Of a stretch of 64,000 bases of DNA, positions 25,416 through 35,797 are shown piece by piece. A program made the translations under genes and the position numbers. Source of the DNA: an uncultured Bacilli bacterium (GTDB lineage: Bacteria > Bacillota_I > Bacilli_A > RF39 > UBA660). A model generated the notes under the pieces. That model was not told the DNA's origin and did no database searches. It was given only the letters and a program-made list of their open reading frames with translations. Positions within the stretch are counted from its first letter, which is position 1, and every line of letters begins with the position of its first letter. The stretch is taken from positions 2,494 to 66,493 of the forward strand of contig CAKPRO010000010.1 in the NCBI GenBank assembly GCA_934182615.1, given 5' to 3'.

Positions 25416-25958
25416 TTATTTTAATATGTATATAATTCCTAATGAAAAGAGTATTGAACCTCCTACTAAAGTTGAAATTTTACCATACTTTTGATTTAAT
25501 TTGTTACCAATATTTAAACCTAAAAAAGTAAAAGATAAACTGGTTATAGCAAATGTTAATGCTGAGAATATATATTTATTGGTTATAATTGATAATCCTA
25601 TTCCGGTTGTTAAACTATCTATACTTACGGATAAACCAAATAAAAAATATCCTGGTATGGTTAATAAAAACTTTTTTTCTGTTTCTTTAAAACTTGATAT
25701 TATCATTTCTAAAGCTATTAATACTAATATTACTCCTACTAGAATATTAGTGTTTATTATTATCTTGTTTGTTATTGTAGTTCCTATTAATACTCCTATT
25801 AATGGCATTATAAAATGATATATACCTACAATCAAGGATAAAAGGACTTTATCTCTTTTATTTATTCCCTGTGTTCCATAGATTAATGCTAAAGAAAAAG
25901 CATCCATTGATAGACTTACTGCTATTAAAAATATTGTTAATATCTTCAATTTTATCAC
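25416..25958 (-). CDS. MntP/YtaF-family membrane protein
   Basis: Six TM helices with the DAFS motif (SMDAFSLALIYG). Only 24 nt separate it from spoIIR, so no riboswitch leader fits. Confidence 0.65.
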   Translation of the reverse strand: MIKLKILTIFLIAVSLSMDAFSLALIYGTQGINKRDKVLLSLIVGIYHFIMPLIGVLIGTTITNKIIINTNILVGVILVLIALEMIISSFKETEKKFLLTIPGYFLFGLSVSIDSLTTGIGLSIITNKYIFSALTFAITSLSFTFLGLNIGNKLNQKYGKISTLVGGSILFSLGIIYILK

Positions 25959-25982
25959 CTATCTAAATATATGCTTTGCTCT

Positions 25983-26504
25983 TTAAAATATTTTATTTAG
26001 TTGTTCTACTATCCATGATTTGTATTCTATATCACTTTTGTTTTCTAAGTCTATTAAGCACAAGTTAGGAAACAAAACACACCACCAATTGTCTCCCTTA
26101 CCTTCACCAATTGTTATAACTAAAGATTCATAATAGCCTTCTTCATATTTTACTTTACGATATTTTTTTTGTGGGAAATAGTTATATCCAAAATTTACGT
26201 CATATGACATTGCATAATTATTTTCTTTAAAAATATGATCTATACTACTATTTATATTTTCTAAGTTATCATTTATTCTGTTTCTTGCATCGTCAATATT
26301 ATTTGTATTTTCTAAAAGGACATATGTGTTTTTTTCTAGATAATTTTTTACTTTATTCTTCATATTTTGATCTTGTGAAGAGTTGCTGTTAGGAATTACT
26401 CTTAATCTTATTGCACTATCTGGAATTACTACTTCGTCTTCTTTTATTTGCGTGTATATTAAAATAGCTGTTATTAATGTTAATATTATTATTACTTTTT
26501 TCAT
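25983..26504 (-). CDS. spoIIR: Stage II sporulation protein R
   Basis: IRLRVIPNSNSSQDQNMK and GDNWWCVLFPNLC are hallmark SpoIIR motifs. The start was moved to ATG 26504, after GGGTGA. Confidence 0.8.
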   Translation of the reverse strand: MKKVIIILTLITAILIYTQIKEDEVVIPDSAIRLRVIPNSNSSQDQNMKNKVKNYLEKNTYVLLENTNNIDDARNRINDNLENINSSIDHIFKENNYAMSYDVNFGYNYFPQKKYRKVKYEEGYYESLVITIGEGKGDNWWCVLFPNLCLIDLENKSDIEYKSWIVEQLNKIF

Positions 26505-26557
26505 AAAAAATATCACCCTTTCTTTTTAATTATGAGTGATATTTAAAATTTTTATTC

Positions 26558-27634
26558 TTATTTTTCTAATTTTATGATTATTTGATAATCATTAGGCGTA
26601 TCTACTTCTTCTATTGTAGCATTATAACCTGCTTGTTGTATATTTTTAATGGCATTTTGAGCCAATTTTATAGCGGTTGCATATTTTAATTTTGACATTT
26701 TAGCACTCGAATCATTACTTGAAATTGTTGTATTTATTGTTTTTGATTCACTAATTGGTTCTGGCGTTGGCATAACTTTATTCCTTTCTGGACTTAAATC
26801 TGTATTTGCAGGAGATACTATATCATTGTTTAAATTACTGATATTTACAAAATCTACATTTTCTGTTTGTGTGTATACATTAGGGTTCTCATTTTGTTCT
26901 TCTACTAGTGGTTCTGGTTCTTTAGATATATTAGTATTTTCATATAGTGGATTTACTGTTTTATCTATTGACATTGTTAAATCTATATTATGATCTGTAT
27001 TATCTGGTAATGTTGGAGTCTCTTTTGATATGCCAAGTAATTTCTTTATGTATTCATCTGTATCTCTAACATTTATTCTTTCACTTATTATTTTATTTAA
27101 CACTTGTTTTTGTAAATCTTCATCCTTTATTTGCAATAGACATCTAGCATGTCTTTCAGATATTAAATTATTCATAAGTGCAACTTGTACTTCATTGGTT
27201 AACGATAATAGTCTCATCTTATTAGCAATTGTCGATTGACTTTTTCCCATTCTTTTAGCTAATTCTTCTTGAGTAAAGTTACCCATGTCTAATATTTTTT
27301 TGTATGATTTTGCTTCTTCTATTGCGGATAAATCTTTTCTTTGAATATTTTCTATTAAAGCTAATTCAGCGCTTGTTTGATCATCCATTGAACCAATAAT
27401 CGCTGGAACTTCTGTTAATCCAGCAATGGTCGAAGCTTTATATCTTCTTTCTCCTGCTATTATTTCATATTTGCTTCCTAAATCTCTCAATATTAAAGGT
27501 TGAATTATTCCATGCTCCTTTATAGAGTTTGCTAATTCGTTTAATGCCTCTTCATCAAAAGTTAATCTAGGTTGAAATCTATTTGGTATTATGTCAGAAA
27601 GTTTTACCATTACTACTTCTTTATTCATTCTCAT
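26558..27634 (-). CDS. noc: ParB-family protein in the Noc position, with long low-complexity linker and extra C-terminal domain
   Basis: PNRFQPR, GERRYKAS and HTH TQEELAKRMGKSQSTIANKMRLL, immediately downstream of rsmG as in the B. subtilis noc locus. At 358 aa it is longer than typical. Confidence 0.7.
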   Translation of the reverse strand: MRMNKEVVMVKLSDIIPNRFQPRLTFDEEALNELANSIKEHGIIQPLILRDLGSKYEIIAGERRYKASTIAGLTEVPAIIGSMDDQTSAELALIENIQRKDLSAIEEAKSYKKILDMGNFTQEELAKRMGKSQSTIANKMRLLSLTNEVQVALMNNLISERHARCLLQIKDEDLQKQVLNKIISERINVRDTDEYIKKLLGISKETPTLPDNTDHNIDLTMSIDKTVNPLYENTNISKEPEPLVEEQNENPNVYTQTENVDFVNISNLNNDIVSPANTDLSPERNKVMPTPEPISESKTINTTISSNDSSAKMSKLKYATAIKLAQNAIKNIQQAGYNATIEEVDTPNDYQIIIKLEK

Positions 27635-27763
27635 AGTTATACACCCTCTTTTAATTTCTTCTTTCCTACTTTAATATAATGATACTATAATTTTGTAAAA
27701 TTTACAAGTTATTTTTATTAATTTTTTGTTTATTATTATAGAAAAAGAAGACTATTGCGTCTC

Positions 27764-28465
27764 CTACAATTCTTTTTTTAGTATTTCATTATATCTTCTC
27801 GGATATTTTTTATCTGTTTCTTTTGTCTTTGTATATTTGATTATTGTTCGTAAACTATTCTCTATTGGTAAATTAAATATGACTCTTTTAGCTTCTGTAA
27901 TACTTAGTTTATTTAAATAATTTTTTATATTTTGTTCTTCATTTTCAACATTAGCCTTCATTGCAATAAAGTTTCCATCTACTTTTACTAGAGGTATTCC
28001 ATATTCAAGTAAGTGTTTTAGTGGAGCTACTGCACGAGCAGTTACTATATCAAATATTTCTCTATTATCTTTAGCATAATCTTCAATACGTTCATTTATC
28101 ACAATAACATTATTTAATTTTAGTTTTTCCTTTACTAAATTTAGAAAATAGCATTTTTTCCCATTTGATTCTATTAATGTTAATTTACTATTTGGAAAGC
28201 ATATTGCTAATACTAGACCTGGAAAGCCAGCACCTGAACCTAAATCACATATGTTTTGACCATGTATATCTATTATTTTATTTATTGTTAAACTATCATA
28301 AAAATGTTTTAAATATACTTCTTGATAATCAATTATTCTAGTTAAGTTATATTTTTCATTTTCTTCTTTTAAGATAATATAGTATTCTTCTAATAATGCT
28401 AATTGTTGCTCTGTTAGTTCTATATTTATTTTTTTTAACTCTTTGATAAATTCTTCTTTATTCAT
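27764..28465 (-). CDS. rsmG: 16S rRNA (guanine527-N7)-methyltransferase RsmG (GidB)
   Basis: SAM motif DLGSGAGFPG; position downstream of mnmG. Confidence 0.9.
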   Translation of the reverse strand: MNKEEFIKELKKINIELTEQQLALLEEYYIILKEENEKYNLTRIIDYQEVYLKHFYDSLTINKIIDIHGQNICDLGSGAGFPGLVLAICFPNSKLTLIESNGKKCYFLNLVKEKLKLNNVIVINERIEDYAKDNREIFDIVTARAVAPLKHLLEYGIPLVKVDGNFIAMKANVENEEQNIKNYLNKLSITEAKRVIFNLPIENSLRTIIKYTKTKETDKKYPRRYNEILKKEL

Positions 28466-30296
28466 TATATTGTTTCCTTAAATATACTAATAGTATTGAT
28501 ATATCAGCAGGGTTTACACCACTTATTCTTATGGCTTGAGCAATGTTTAATGGACGAACTTCTTTTAATTTTTGTCTTGCTTCACTGGCTAAGTTTGGTA
28601 TTTTATCATAATCTATGTTTTCTGGAATTTGTTTTTCTTCATTCTTTAACATTTTTTCGGCTTCTCTTTCAATTTTTTTAATATAACCTTCATACTTAAT
28701 TTGTATTTCTACTTCTTCAACAACATCCTGTGGATAATTTAAATTTAAATTATATGTTTTTATTATATCTTGCAAGTTAGCAGTAGGATTTTTTAAATAA
28801 TCATATACTGACATTCCAACTCTTCTTTTTTCATTGTCTACAATAATTTTAGTTTCTTTTAATTTGACTTTTAATTCTTCAATATTATTTTTCTTCTCAA
28901 TAAATTTTTGATATTTTTCTCCTGTTATTAATCCTACTTGATGGCCGTATTCTCTTAATCTTAAATCCGAGTTATCATGCCTTAATAATAGACGATATTC
29001 GGCCCTTGATGTTAGCATACGATATGGTTCTCTTGTTCCTTTAGTTACTAAGTCATCTATTAAAACACCTATGTAAGCTTCATTTCTCTTTAGTATTAGA
29101 GGTTCTTTATTTTCTAATTTTAAGCCAGCATTTATTCCCGCTATTAATCCTTGACAAGCAGCTTCTTCATATCCGCTAGTACCATTTATTTGACCGGCGG
29201 TAAATAAATTATTTAATACTTTTGTTTCTAGATTTGGTTTTACTTGGGTTGGATATATAGCATCATATTCAATAGCATATGCATATCTTAATATTTTAGC
29301 ATTTTCTAATCCTGGTAATGAATGAACCATTTTTTCTTGAATTTCTTTTGGCATACTTGTAGAAAAACCTTGAACGTATATATCGTCATAATAAAGACTT
29401 TCGGGTTCTAAAAATAACTGATGTTTTTCTTTGTCACTAAATCTTACCATTTTATCTTCAATTGATGGGCAATATCTTGGACCGACGCCAGTTATATCAT
29501 TTAATCCACCATACATACTCGATTTGTTTAAATTATCATGAATTATTTTTTTTGTTTCCTCAGTTGTATATATTAAATAACATGGTTCTTGATTATTGAT
29601 ATCATATACTGGCTTATTAGTATGAGAAAATGTATAGTATGTTTTGTCGCCATCTTCTCTTTTTGTCTTAGTGAAATCAATTGTACTTCGATCAATTCTT
29701 GGTGGAGTACCTGTTTTTAATCTTAGTATTTTGAAGCCATATTTCTTTAGGTTATCTGATAAATGCATTGATGGTTTTTCATTATGTGGGCCGCTTCTAG
29801 TTCTGGTATTTCCTATTAAAATGTCTGATTTTAGATAAGTACCAGTTGTTAATATTACAATATTTGAAGTTATATTAGTTCCATCTTCTAATACAACACC
29901 ATAAACAGTATTATCTTTTACTATTAAGTCTTCAACCATTGCTTCTTTTATTGTTAGATTAGGTTCTTCTCTTAATAGTTTTAACATTTCTTTTGGATAT
30001 GTTATTTTGTCAGCTTGTGCACGAAGTGATTTTACTGCTGGCCCTTTAGCGTAGTTTAACATCTTCATTTGGATTAATGTTTTGTCTGCTACTTCACCCA
30101 TTACGCCACCTAAAGCATCTATTTCTCTTACTATTATTCCTTTTGCTGAACCTCCTATTGAAGGGTTACATGGCATTGTTGCTATATTATTTATTCTGCC
30201 TGATATTAATAATGTTTTATGTCCTTTTCTAGCAGAAGCCATAGCGGCTTCACAACCAGCATGGCCTCCTCCTACGACAATTATTTCATAGTCCAT
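28458..30296 (-). CDS. mnmG: tRNA uridine 5-carboxymethylaminomethyl modification enzyme MnmG (GidA)
   Basis: FAD motif VVGGGHAGCEA with full-length similarity. The start was moved to ATG 30296, after AGGTG. Confidence 0.97.
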   Translation of the reverse strand: MDYEIIVVGGGHAGCEAAMASARKGHKTLLISGRINNIATMPCNPSIGGSAKGIIVREIDALGGVMGEVADKTLIQMKMLNYAKGPAVKSLRAQADKITYPKEMLKLLREEPNLTIKEAMVEDLIVKDNTVYGVVLEDGTNITSNIVILTTGTYLKSDILIGNTRTRSGPHNEKPSMHLSDNLKKYGFKILRLKTGTPPRIDRSTIDFTKTKREDGDKTYYTFSHTNKPVYDINNQEPCYLIYTTEETKKIIHDNLNKSSMYGGLNDITGVGPRYCPSIEDKMVRFSDKEKHQLFLEPESLYYDDIYVQGFSTSMPKEIQEKMVHSLPGLENAKILRYAYAIEYDAIYPTQVKPNLETKVLNNLFTAGQINGTSGYEEAACQGLIAGINAGLKLENKEPLILKRNEAYIGVLIDDLVTKGTREPYRMLTSRAEYRLLLRHDNSDLRLREYGHQVGLITGEKYQKFIEKKNNIEELKVKLKETKIIVDNEKRRVGMSVYDYLKNPTANLQDIIKTYNLNLNYPQDVVEEVEIQIKYEGYIKKIEREAEKMLKNEEKQIPENIDYDKIPNLASEARQKLKEVRPLNIAQAIRISGVNPADISILLVYLRKQYNE

Positions 30297-30304
30297 ATTT
30301 ACAC

Positions 30305-31651
30305 CTACTTTCCTAAACAAAATCTACTAAATAATTCATCAAGTAATTCATCGGTATATGTTTCACCAATTACTTCTCCTAAATTATTCCATGATTCTTT
30401 TAAACTTAACTCTACTATATCTATTGGATTATTATTATTTATTTCTTCAATTGCATCATTTATATTATTTAAAGATTTTTTTAATAAGGCTATGCTTCTG
30501 GCATTAGATAAATATGTCATATCATTAGTAGATATCTCACCTATATTAAATAATCTTTTTATTCCTTCTTTTATCTTATCAATACCAATATTTTCTTTTA
30601 CTGATATTTCTATATAATTATCTAATAATGTTTTGTCTAATTTTGTTTCTAAGTCTATTTTATTTACTACTATTATTCTCTTTTTATTTTTTGTTTTATC
30701 TAGTAATTCTTTCTCTTCTTCGGTTATTTCTTCATTATTATTTAAAATGTAAATTACTAAATCTGAGGTGTCAATTATTTTTAAACTTTTTTCAACACCT
30801 ATTTTTTCTACAGTATCTTCTGTTCTTCTGATTCCTGCTGTATCAATTATATTTAGTGGTATTCCACCTACTATTAAAGAACCTTCTACTATGTCTCTTG
30901 TAGTACCGGGAATGTCAGTAACTATTGCTTTTTCTTCTTCTAATAGTGAATTTAAGAGACTACTTTTTCCTACATTTGGTCTTCCTATAATACCTACTTT
31001 TATTCCTTCTTTGATTACTTTACTGTCTTCTGATTTTTTTATGATTTCTTCTAATTTTTCTTTGAATTCTTTTATATCGGGTAATATACTTTCATTTGTT
31101 AATACTTCTATATCTTCATATTCAGGATAATCTATATTTACTTCTATATTACTAATTATTTTTACTAATTCACTTCTTAAGTCTCTAATTAGGTTTGATG
31201 TTTCGCCAGTTAAAGTATTCATGGATATTTTTCTAGCTGATTCTGCTTTTGATGATATTAAATCCATCGTTGCCTCTGCTTCAAGTAAATCTATTCTACC
31301 ATTTAGAAAGGCTCTTTTAGTAAATTCACCTGGTTCTGCTAATCTTGCTCCATTTTCTAACAATACTTCCAGCACCTTATTAGTAGTGGCTATACCTCCA
31401 TGACAATTTATTTCTACTATATCTTCACGAGTAAATGTTTTAGGGGCTTTCATAACACTAACTAGTACTTCGTCTATTTTTTCGTTTTTATCTTTAATAA
31501 AGCCATAATGTATAGTATGTGAATCTACTTTTGTTAAATCTTTTGTAAATACTTTACTTGCTATAGTTAAGGCATCATTACCGCTTAATCTTATTATTGA
31601 AATTGCTCCTACTCCGGTTGATGTTGAAATTGCTACTATCGTATCTTCCAT
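30305..31651 (-). CDS. mnmE: tRNA modification GTPase MnmE (TrmE/ThdF)
   Basis: G1 GRPNVGKSS, DTAGIR, NKID and C-terminal CLGK. Confidence 0.97.
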   Translation of the reverse strand: MEDTIVAISTSTGVGAISIIRLSGNDALTIASKVFTKDLTKVDSHTIHYGFIKDKNEKIDEVLVSVMKAPKTFTREDIVEINCHGGIATTNKVLEVLLENGARLAEPGEFTKRAFLNGRIDLLEAEATMDLISSKAESARKISMNTLTGETSNLIRDLRSELVKIISNIEVNIDYPEYEDIEVLTNESILPDIKEFKEKLEEIIKKSEDSKVIKEGIKVGIIGRPNVGKSSLLNSLLEEEKAIVTDIPGTTRDIVEGSLIVGGIPLNIIDTAGIRRTEDTVEKIGVEKSLKIIDTSDLVIYILNNNEEITEEEKELLDKTKNKKRIIVVNKIDLETKLDKTLLDNYIEISVKENIGIDKIKEGIKRLFNIGEISTNDMTYLSNARSIALLKKSLNNINDAIEEINNNNPIDIVELSLKESWNNLGEVIGETYTDELLDELFSRFCLGK

Positions 31652-31737
31652 ATAGACTCCTTCTTTCTTCCATAGTATTTTACCACAATATGAAAAAAAA
31701 TAAAAGTAATTATTTACTTTGTCAATTATTTTTACAA

Positions 31738-32586
31738 TTATTTGTATATTTCTATCTCACCATTTTTATAGGCTAATAATATATCACTAGATATTGTTGA
31801 TTCTACATATCTTGATTTTTTAGGATGGATTAAATATCTTATTTGTAATTCTATATGATCTTCATTTATTTTAGTATATATTATTGGATCATACTGATTA
31901 TAGTATATCCGATAACTATTTGATACATTGTTTATTTGTTTTTTTAATTTCGCCGGTATTTTTTTTATTATTTCATTTGAATTTACTATTTTATATAATA
32001 CTTTTTTGGCTTTATTTACATCAGCATCTAAAGGTATTCTAATTGTTATTTCATCCCATATATATTTAAAAGCTTTATTATAATTTTTTAAAGGATAATT
32101 AAAGATTATAGAGTTTGGTAAATGGATTATTATTCCTGTACTTTGACCTGTTGTATCAGTGTTTGATACTTCTAATATTTCAAAGTTCATAGTGTTGATA
32201 TTTACTACGTCGCCTTTATAACCATTTATTTCTATTCTATCTTCTACTACAAATGGTTTTACTAATTTTATATATATTCCACTAAAGAAATTGAATATTA
32301 AATCTCTTATTGCTATAGTGAATGCTGCTGATACTAGACTTATCAATGTTAAAAAGTTTTTTATGTATTTTCCCCATATTACTATTATTGCTGATAGAAT
32401 TATAATTCTTATTATTAGTTTGTATTTTTTAGTATAATTATATTCTTTCTTACTATCTTTGGTTCTCTTTATTATTCTTATACCTATTTTTTCTATTACT
32501 AATATTATTGCTATTATAATTATTGTTTTTAATGTCATATTTATATATATTTCCTCAATATTAAGTAGTTGACTTATTTTATTCAT
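31738..32586 (-). CDS. Small-conductance mechanosensitive channel (MscS family)
   Basis: Three TM helices followed by the MscS beta-domain signature VEDRIEINGYKGDVVNI. Confidence 0.75.
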   Translation of the reverse strand: MNKISQLLNIEEIYINMTLKTIIIIAIILVIEKIGIRIIKRTKDSKKEYNYTKKYKLIIRIIILSAIIVIWGKYIKNFLTLISLVSAAFTIAIRDLIFNFFSGIYIKLVKPFVVEDRIEINGYKGDVVNINTMNFEILEVSNTDTTGQSTGIIIHLPNSIIFNYPLKNYNKAFKYIWDEITIRIPLDADVNKAKKVLYKIVNSNEIIKKIPAKLKKQINNVSNSYRIYYNQYDPIIYTKINEDHIELQIRYLIHPKKSRYVESTISSDILLAYKNGEIEIYK

Positions 32587-32642
32587 TCACTCACTTCCCT
32601 TCAATGTTTTAATTATATGTTTATACAAAGTAAAAAAGAAGA

Positions 32643-33251
32643 TTACTCTCCTTTTAACTTAATTACTACTTTTCTATTTGGTTCTTCACCAATTGATTCA
32701 GTGTAGACATACTTATCGTCCGCTAATGCAGAATGAACAATTCTTCTTTCATAAGAATTCATACTATCCATTGTTATTTCTGTTTTTGTTTTGTATGCTT
32801 CTCTTGCTAACTTCTTTGCTAAATATTCTATACTTCTAGCTCTTTTTTCTTTATAATTTCCTACATCAATTACTATTGATAGTGGTTCTTTTAAATTTGA
32901 ATTAACCATTTGTCTAATTAGTAATTGTAAAGCAGATACGTTCTTTCCATTTTTACCAATTAATATGGCATTATTATCAGAAAAGATTGTTATTGTTATA
33001 TTTTCTTCTCTTCTTCTTACTTCAAGATTTGCTTCCGCATTCATTTTATTTATTATTTCATTAATAGTATCTTTTATAAATGAAATTACTTCATTCATAT
33101 TTAAAACTTCTATTTTTACTGATTTCTTTAATAAATTATTTTTTTCTTCAACTTTGTTAATTATCAAATCTTCTTTTGATATTTTTAATTCTTCTAGTGC
33201 TAATTCTTCTGCTTGCTCTTTTGTTTTTCCTTCATAATAATATTTATTCAT
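32643..33251 (-). CDS. jag: Jag/KhpB RNA-binding protein (Jag_N, KH, R3H)
   Basis: R3H motif SYERRIVHSAL at the C-terminus; position downstream of yidC. Confidence 0.85.
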   Translation of the reverse strand: MNKYYYEGKTKEQAEELALEELKISKEDLIINKVEEKNNLLKKSVKIEVLNMNEVISFIKDTINEIINKMNAEANLEVRRREENITITIFSDNNAILIGKNGKNVSALQLLIRQMVNSNLKEPLSIVIDVGNYKEKRARSIEYLAKKLAREAYKTKTEITMDSMNSYERRIVHSALADDKYVYTESIGEEPNRKVVIKLKGE

Positions 33252-34210
33252 TACTTCTTAGCCTTCTTTCTTTCCACTATCATATTTTGTGCTATAGTAA
33301 ATAGTGAGGAAGTTATCCAATAGATTCCTAATGCAACTGGTAAACTAAATGCCGCTACCAAAATCATTGCTAGCATGAAGTATATTGTTCCCTTCATTTG
33401 TTGTGCCATTGCAGTTTGATCTTTTAAGGTCTTTCTAAATGAGAAATATGAAGTTGCAAGTATTAATAATAGGAATATTATGTAAGCATACCATAAGTTT
33501 GACATAATTCCATGTGAAATTGTTGTACCCATATCTAGTTTTAAGAATTTATTTTCAAATATTACTGGTGTTCTATTAATTGCTTCTAAAAAAGCAAATA
33601 ATAATGGTATTTGAATAAATGATAATAGGCAACTTGATAATGGATTAATCTTATGTTTAGAATATATTGCCATCATTTCTTCAGCTTTTCTCTTTTGATC
33701 CTCTTCACTAGTTCTATCTTTATATTTCTTTTCTAGTTTTTCTAATTGGGGTTGAATTTCTTTTAATTTTTCTGATTGCATAGCAGTCTTTTTGGTTAAT
33801 GGATATAATATTAGTCTTATTATTAAACATGATATTACTATTGCTAAACCATTTGCTAAGCCCTTACCTAAACCTGTTTTCTCAAGAAGTAGTCCAATAT
33901 TTATTATAGCCCAAGCTAATGGTTTTACAAAGATTGTTGTCCATAATCCCTCATATTCAGAAAATGGTTTAAATGTTTCACATCTTGGTAATTTATCAAC
34001 ATCAACATTATTTTCTTTATATATTTTTATAACATTTTCATCAGTAGGCCTACATAGAACATTTTCAGTTAAAGCCTTGCCTGTTTCTTCATATTTTACT
34101 GGTTTTTTATCTTCTCCAGTAAGTGTTCTTGTACACCCTGTTAACATTGCTAAACTTAATATTAGCAATAATATTTTTATTGTTTTTTTATTGTTATTCA
34201 ACTTTATCAC
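33251..34210 (-). CDS. yidC: Membrane protein insertase YidC/SpoIIIJ, lipoprotein type
   Basis: Lipobox LAMLTGC and the YidC core (KINPLSSCLL, IQIPLLFAF). Confidence 0.9.
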   Translation of the reverse strand: MIKLNNNKKTIKILLLILSLAMLTGCTRTLTGEDKKPVKYEETGKALTENVLCRPTDENVIKIYKENNVDVDKLPRCETFKPFSEYEGLWTTIFVKPLAWAIINIGLLLEKTGLGKGLANGLAIVISCLIIRLILYPLTKKTAMQSEKLKEIQPQLEKLEKKYKDRTSEEDQKRKAEEMMAIYSKHKINPLSSCLLSFIQIPLLFAFLEAINRTPVIFENKFLKLDMGTTISHGIMSNLWYAYIIFLLLILATSYFSFRKTLKDQTAMAQQMKGTIYFMLAMILVAAFSLPVALGIYWITSSLFTIAQNMIVERKKAKK

Positions 34211-34526
34211 CTATACTAATTAGTTTTAACAACTCTTCTTCTACTTGTTTGTATGTTAAATCTAATATACCTTTCTTAACAATTATAACATAGTCATAAC
34301 CATTATGCACGACTTTTTTATTATTATCGATAATGTTTTTTATCCTTCTTTTTATTTTGTTTCTAGTAACTGCGGTTCCAGTTTTTTTAGGAACTGTTAT
34401 TCCATATTTATTACTATCATTATTTTTTCGATAGTAGACACTAAAGTACTTGCTTTTTTTTGATCTACTACTGTTTATTATTTCTGTATATTCACGAGAA
34501 GATTTTATTATTTCAATTTTTTTCAT
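34194..34526 (-). CDS. rnpA: Ribonuclease P protein component
   Basis: Basic 110-aa protein with VTRNKIKRRIK; lies between rpmH and yidC. Confidence 0.9.
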   Translation of the reverse strand: MKKIEIIKSSREYTEIINSSRSKKSKYFSVYYRKNNDSNKYGITVPKKTGTAVTRNKIKRRIKNIIDNNKKVVHNGYDYVIIVKKGILDLTYKQVEEELLKLISIGDKVE

Positions 34527-34573
34527 AATATATCCTTTTTAGGTAAAAAGAAAAAAAGAAAACAAAATTATGT

Positions 34574-34696
34574 TTATGCACATAATTTTTTTCTTTTTTT
34601 TGCTCTTCTGTTTTTTAAAACATTACCTTTTACTCTACTAAAGAAACCGTGCTTTTTAGCTTTTTTTCTATTATTAGGTTGATATGTTCTTTTCAT
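34574..34696 (-). CDS. rpmH: 50S ribosomal protein L34
   Basis: Reads [50 protein letters not shown] sits 9 nt upstream of the ATG. Too short for the ORF track. Confidence 0.9.
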   Translation of the reverse strand: MKRTYQPNNRKKAKKHGFFSRVKGNVLKNRRAKKRKKLCA

Positions 34697-34729
34697 TATA
34701 TAATACACCTCCAAGTCAAATGCTATTTT

Positions 34730-34758
34730 ATTATATATTTTTATTTTGATTATGTCAA
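34730..34758 (-). promoter_or_regulatory. Consensus sigma-A promoter of rpmH-rnpA (TTGACA-17-TATAAT)
   Basis: On the minus strand, TTGACA is at 34758-34753, followed by a 17-nt spacer and TATAAT at 34735-34730. Confidence 0.55.
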
Positions 34759-34826
34759 GGATTTTTGATATATTTGTTATAATGTTGCAATATTAATGAG
34801 CAGAAAGATAAATGATAAAGAATGTT

Positions 34827-34906
34827 AATTCAAAGACTTTATGGCTTTGAATTACTTTTTTAAAGACCCTAGGCTTTAAAAATAGTGAGCAACATAGTGC
34901 GAACTC
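34827..34906 (+). repeat. Hairpin-repeat family copy 3
   Basis: aattcAAAGACtttatGGCTTTgaatt (34827-34853) and tttAAAGACcctaGGCTTTaaa (about 34857-34881), then tail gagcaacatagtgcga (34887-34902). Lies in the rpmH / soj divergent spacer. Confidence 0.6.
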
Positions 34907-34984
34907 TAAAAAAATAAATAAAAGCCCTTTCTTTTTTCATTTTTTTTTGATACAATTATATTTGAGGAAAATAAGGTGAAGCAG

Positions 34985-35797
34985 ATGGGAAAAATTATTG
35001 CAATTGTAAATCAAAAAGGTGGTGTAGGTAAAACTACTACCAGTATAAATTTATCGGCCTCTTTAGGTGTTTTGGATAAAAAGGTATTACTTGTTGATCT
35101 TGACCCACAGGGTAATGCTACTACTGGAGTTGGTGTTGACAAGAACGATATATCAAGTAGTATTTATGAGGTATTAACAAAAAAAGAAACAATAGAAAAT
35201 TCTATTATTAAAACTAAGAGTAAAAATCTTTATCTTCTTCCAGCATATCTTAATTTAGCTGGTGTTGATATGGAACTTATTGAATTAGAAAGGAAAGCTA
35301 AAGAAACAGGTGAAAAATTTAATAGGGTAATTAGATTAAAAGAAGAACTTGGTAAAGTTAGAGATAATTTTGATTATATTTTAATTGATTGTCCTCCTAG
35401 TTTAGGTATATTAACTACTAATGCTTTAGCGGCTGCTGATTCTGTACTTATTCCAGTTCAGTGTGAATACTTTGCTCTTGAAGGTATTATGCAGCTTATT
35501 AATACTATAATGCTCGCTCAAAGAAAAGTTAATCCTAGTTTAGATATTGAAGGTGTTCTACTTACGATGTTTTCTAATACTAATCTTGGTATTGAAGTAA
35601 TAGAAAGTATTAAAGGTTTCTTTAAAGAAAGAGTATATACTACAATTATTCCTAGACTTGTTAGACTGGCTGAGGCACCAAGTCATGGTAAACCTATACT
35701 TGAATATGAGCCTAGAAATAAGGGTACTATAGCTTATCTTAATCTAGCAAAGGAGGTAATTGAAAGAAATGGAACAAAAGAAGAAAGCCCTAGGTAA
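34985..35797 (+). CDS. soj: Chromosome partitioning ATPase ParA/Soj
   Basis: Deviant Walker A NQKGGVGKTTT and DCPPSLG. The start was moved to ATG 34985, after AAGGTGA. Confidence 0.93.
   Translation: MGKIIAIVNQKGGVGKTTTSINLSASLGVLDKKVLLVDLDPQGNATTGVGVDKNDISSSIYEVLTKKETIENSIIKTKSKNLYLLPAYLNLAGVDMELIELERKAKETGEKFNRVIRLKEELGKVRDNFDYILIDCPPSLGILTTNALAAADSVLIPVQCEYFALEGIMQLINTIMLAQRKVNPSLDIEGVLLTMFSNTNLGIEVIESIKGFFKERVYTTIIPRLVRLAEAPSHGKPILEYEPRNKGTIAYLNLAKEVIERNGTKEESPR

Noticed and set aside
25959-25982. yybP-ykoY (manganese) riboswitch expected upstream of an MntP-like gene
   Set aside because: Only 24 nt separate the gene from spoIIR, so no leader can fit. The gene is more likely the YtaF-type sporulation paralogue.
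30082-31403. Cluster of plus-strand ORFs (30082-30291, 30219-30617, 30628-30831, 30768-31130, 31221-31403)
   Set aside because: All are antisense to mnmG/mnmE, which have unambiguous motifs. None has a start context, and their composition is a mirror image of the real genes.
33792-34223. 143-aa plus-strand ORF, the longest antisense ORF in the track
   Set aside because: It lies entirely antisense to the well-supported yidC/rnpA genes. It has no RBS and a low-complexity Ser/Phe/Ile/Leu composition typical of the reverse frame of AT-rich genes.
34697-34984. Possible oriC with DnaA boxes in the rpmH-soj spacer
   Set aside because: I found no 9-mer with an ATCCAC/GTGGAT core and no obvious AT-rich 13-mer array beyond background. 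I therefore did not annotate an origin, only the strand switch (reported as a finding).
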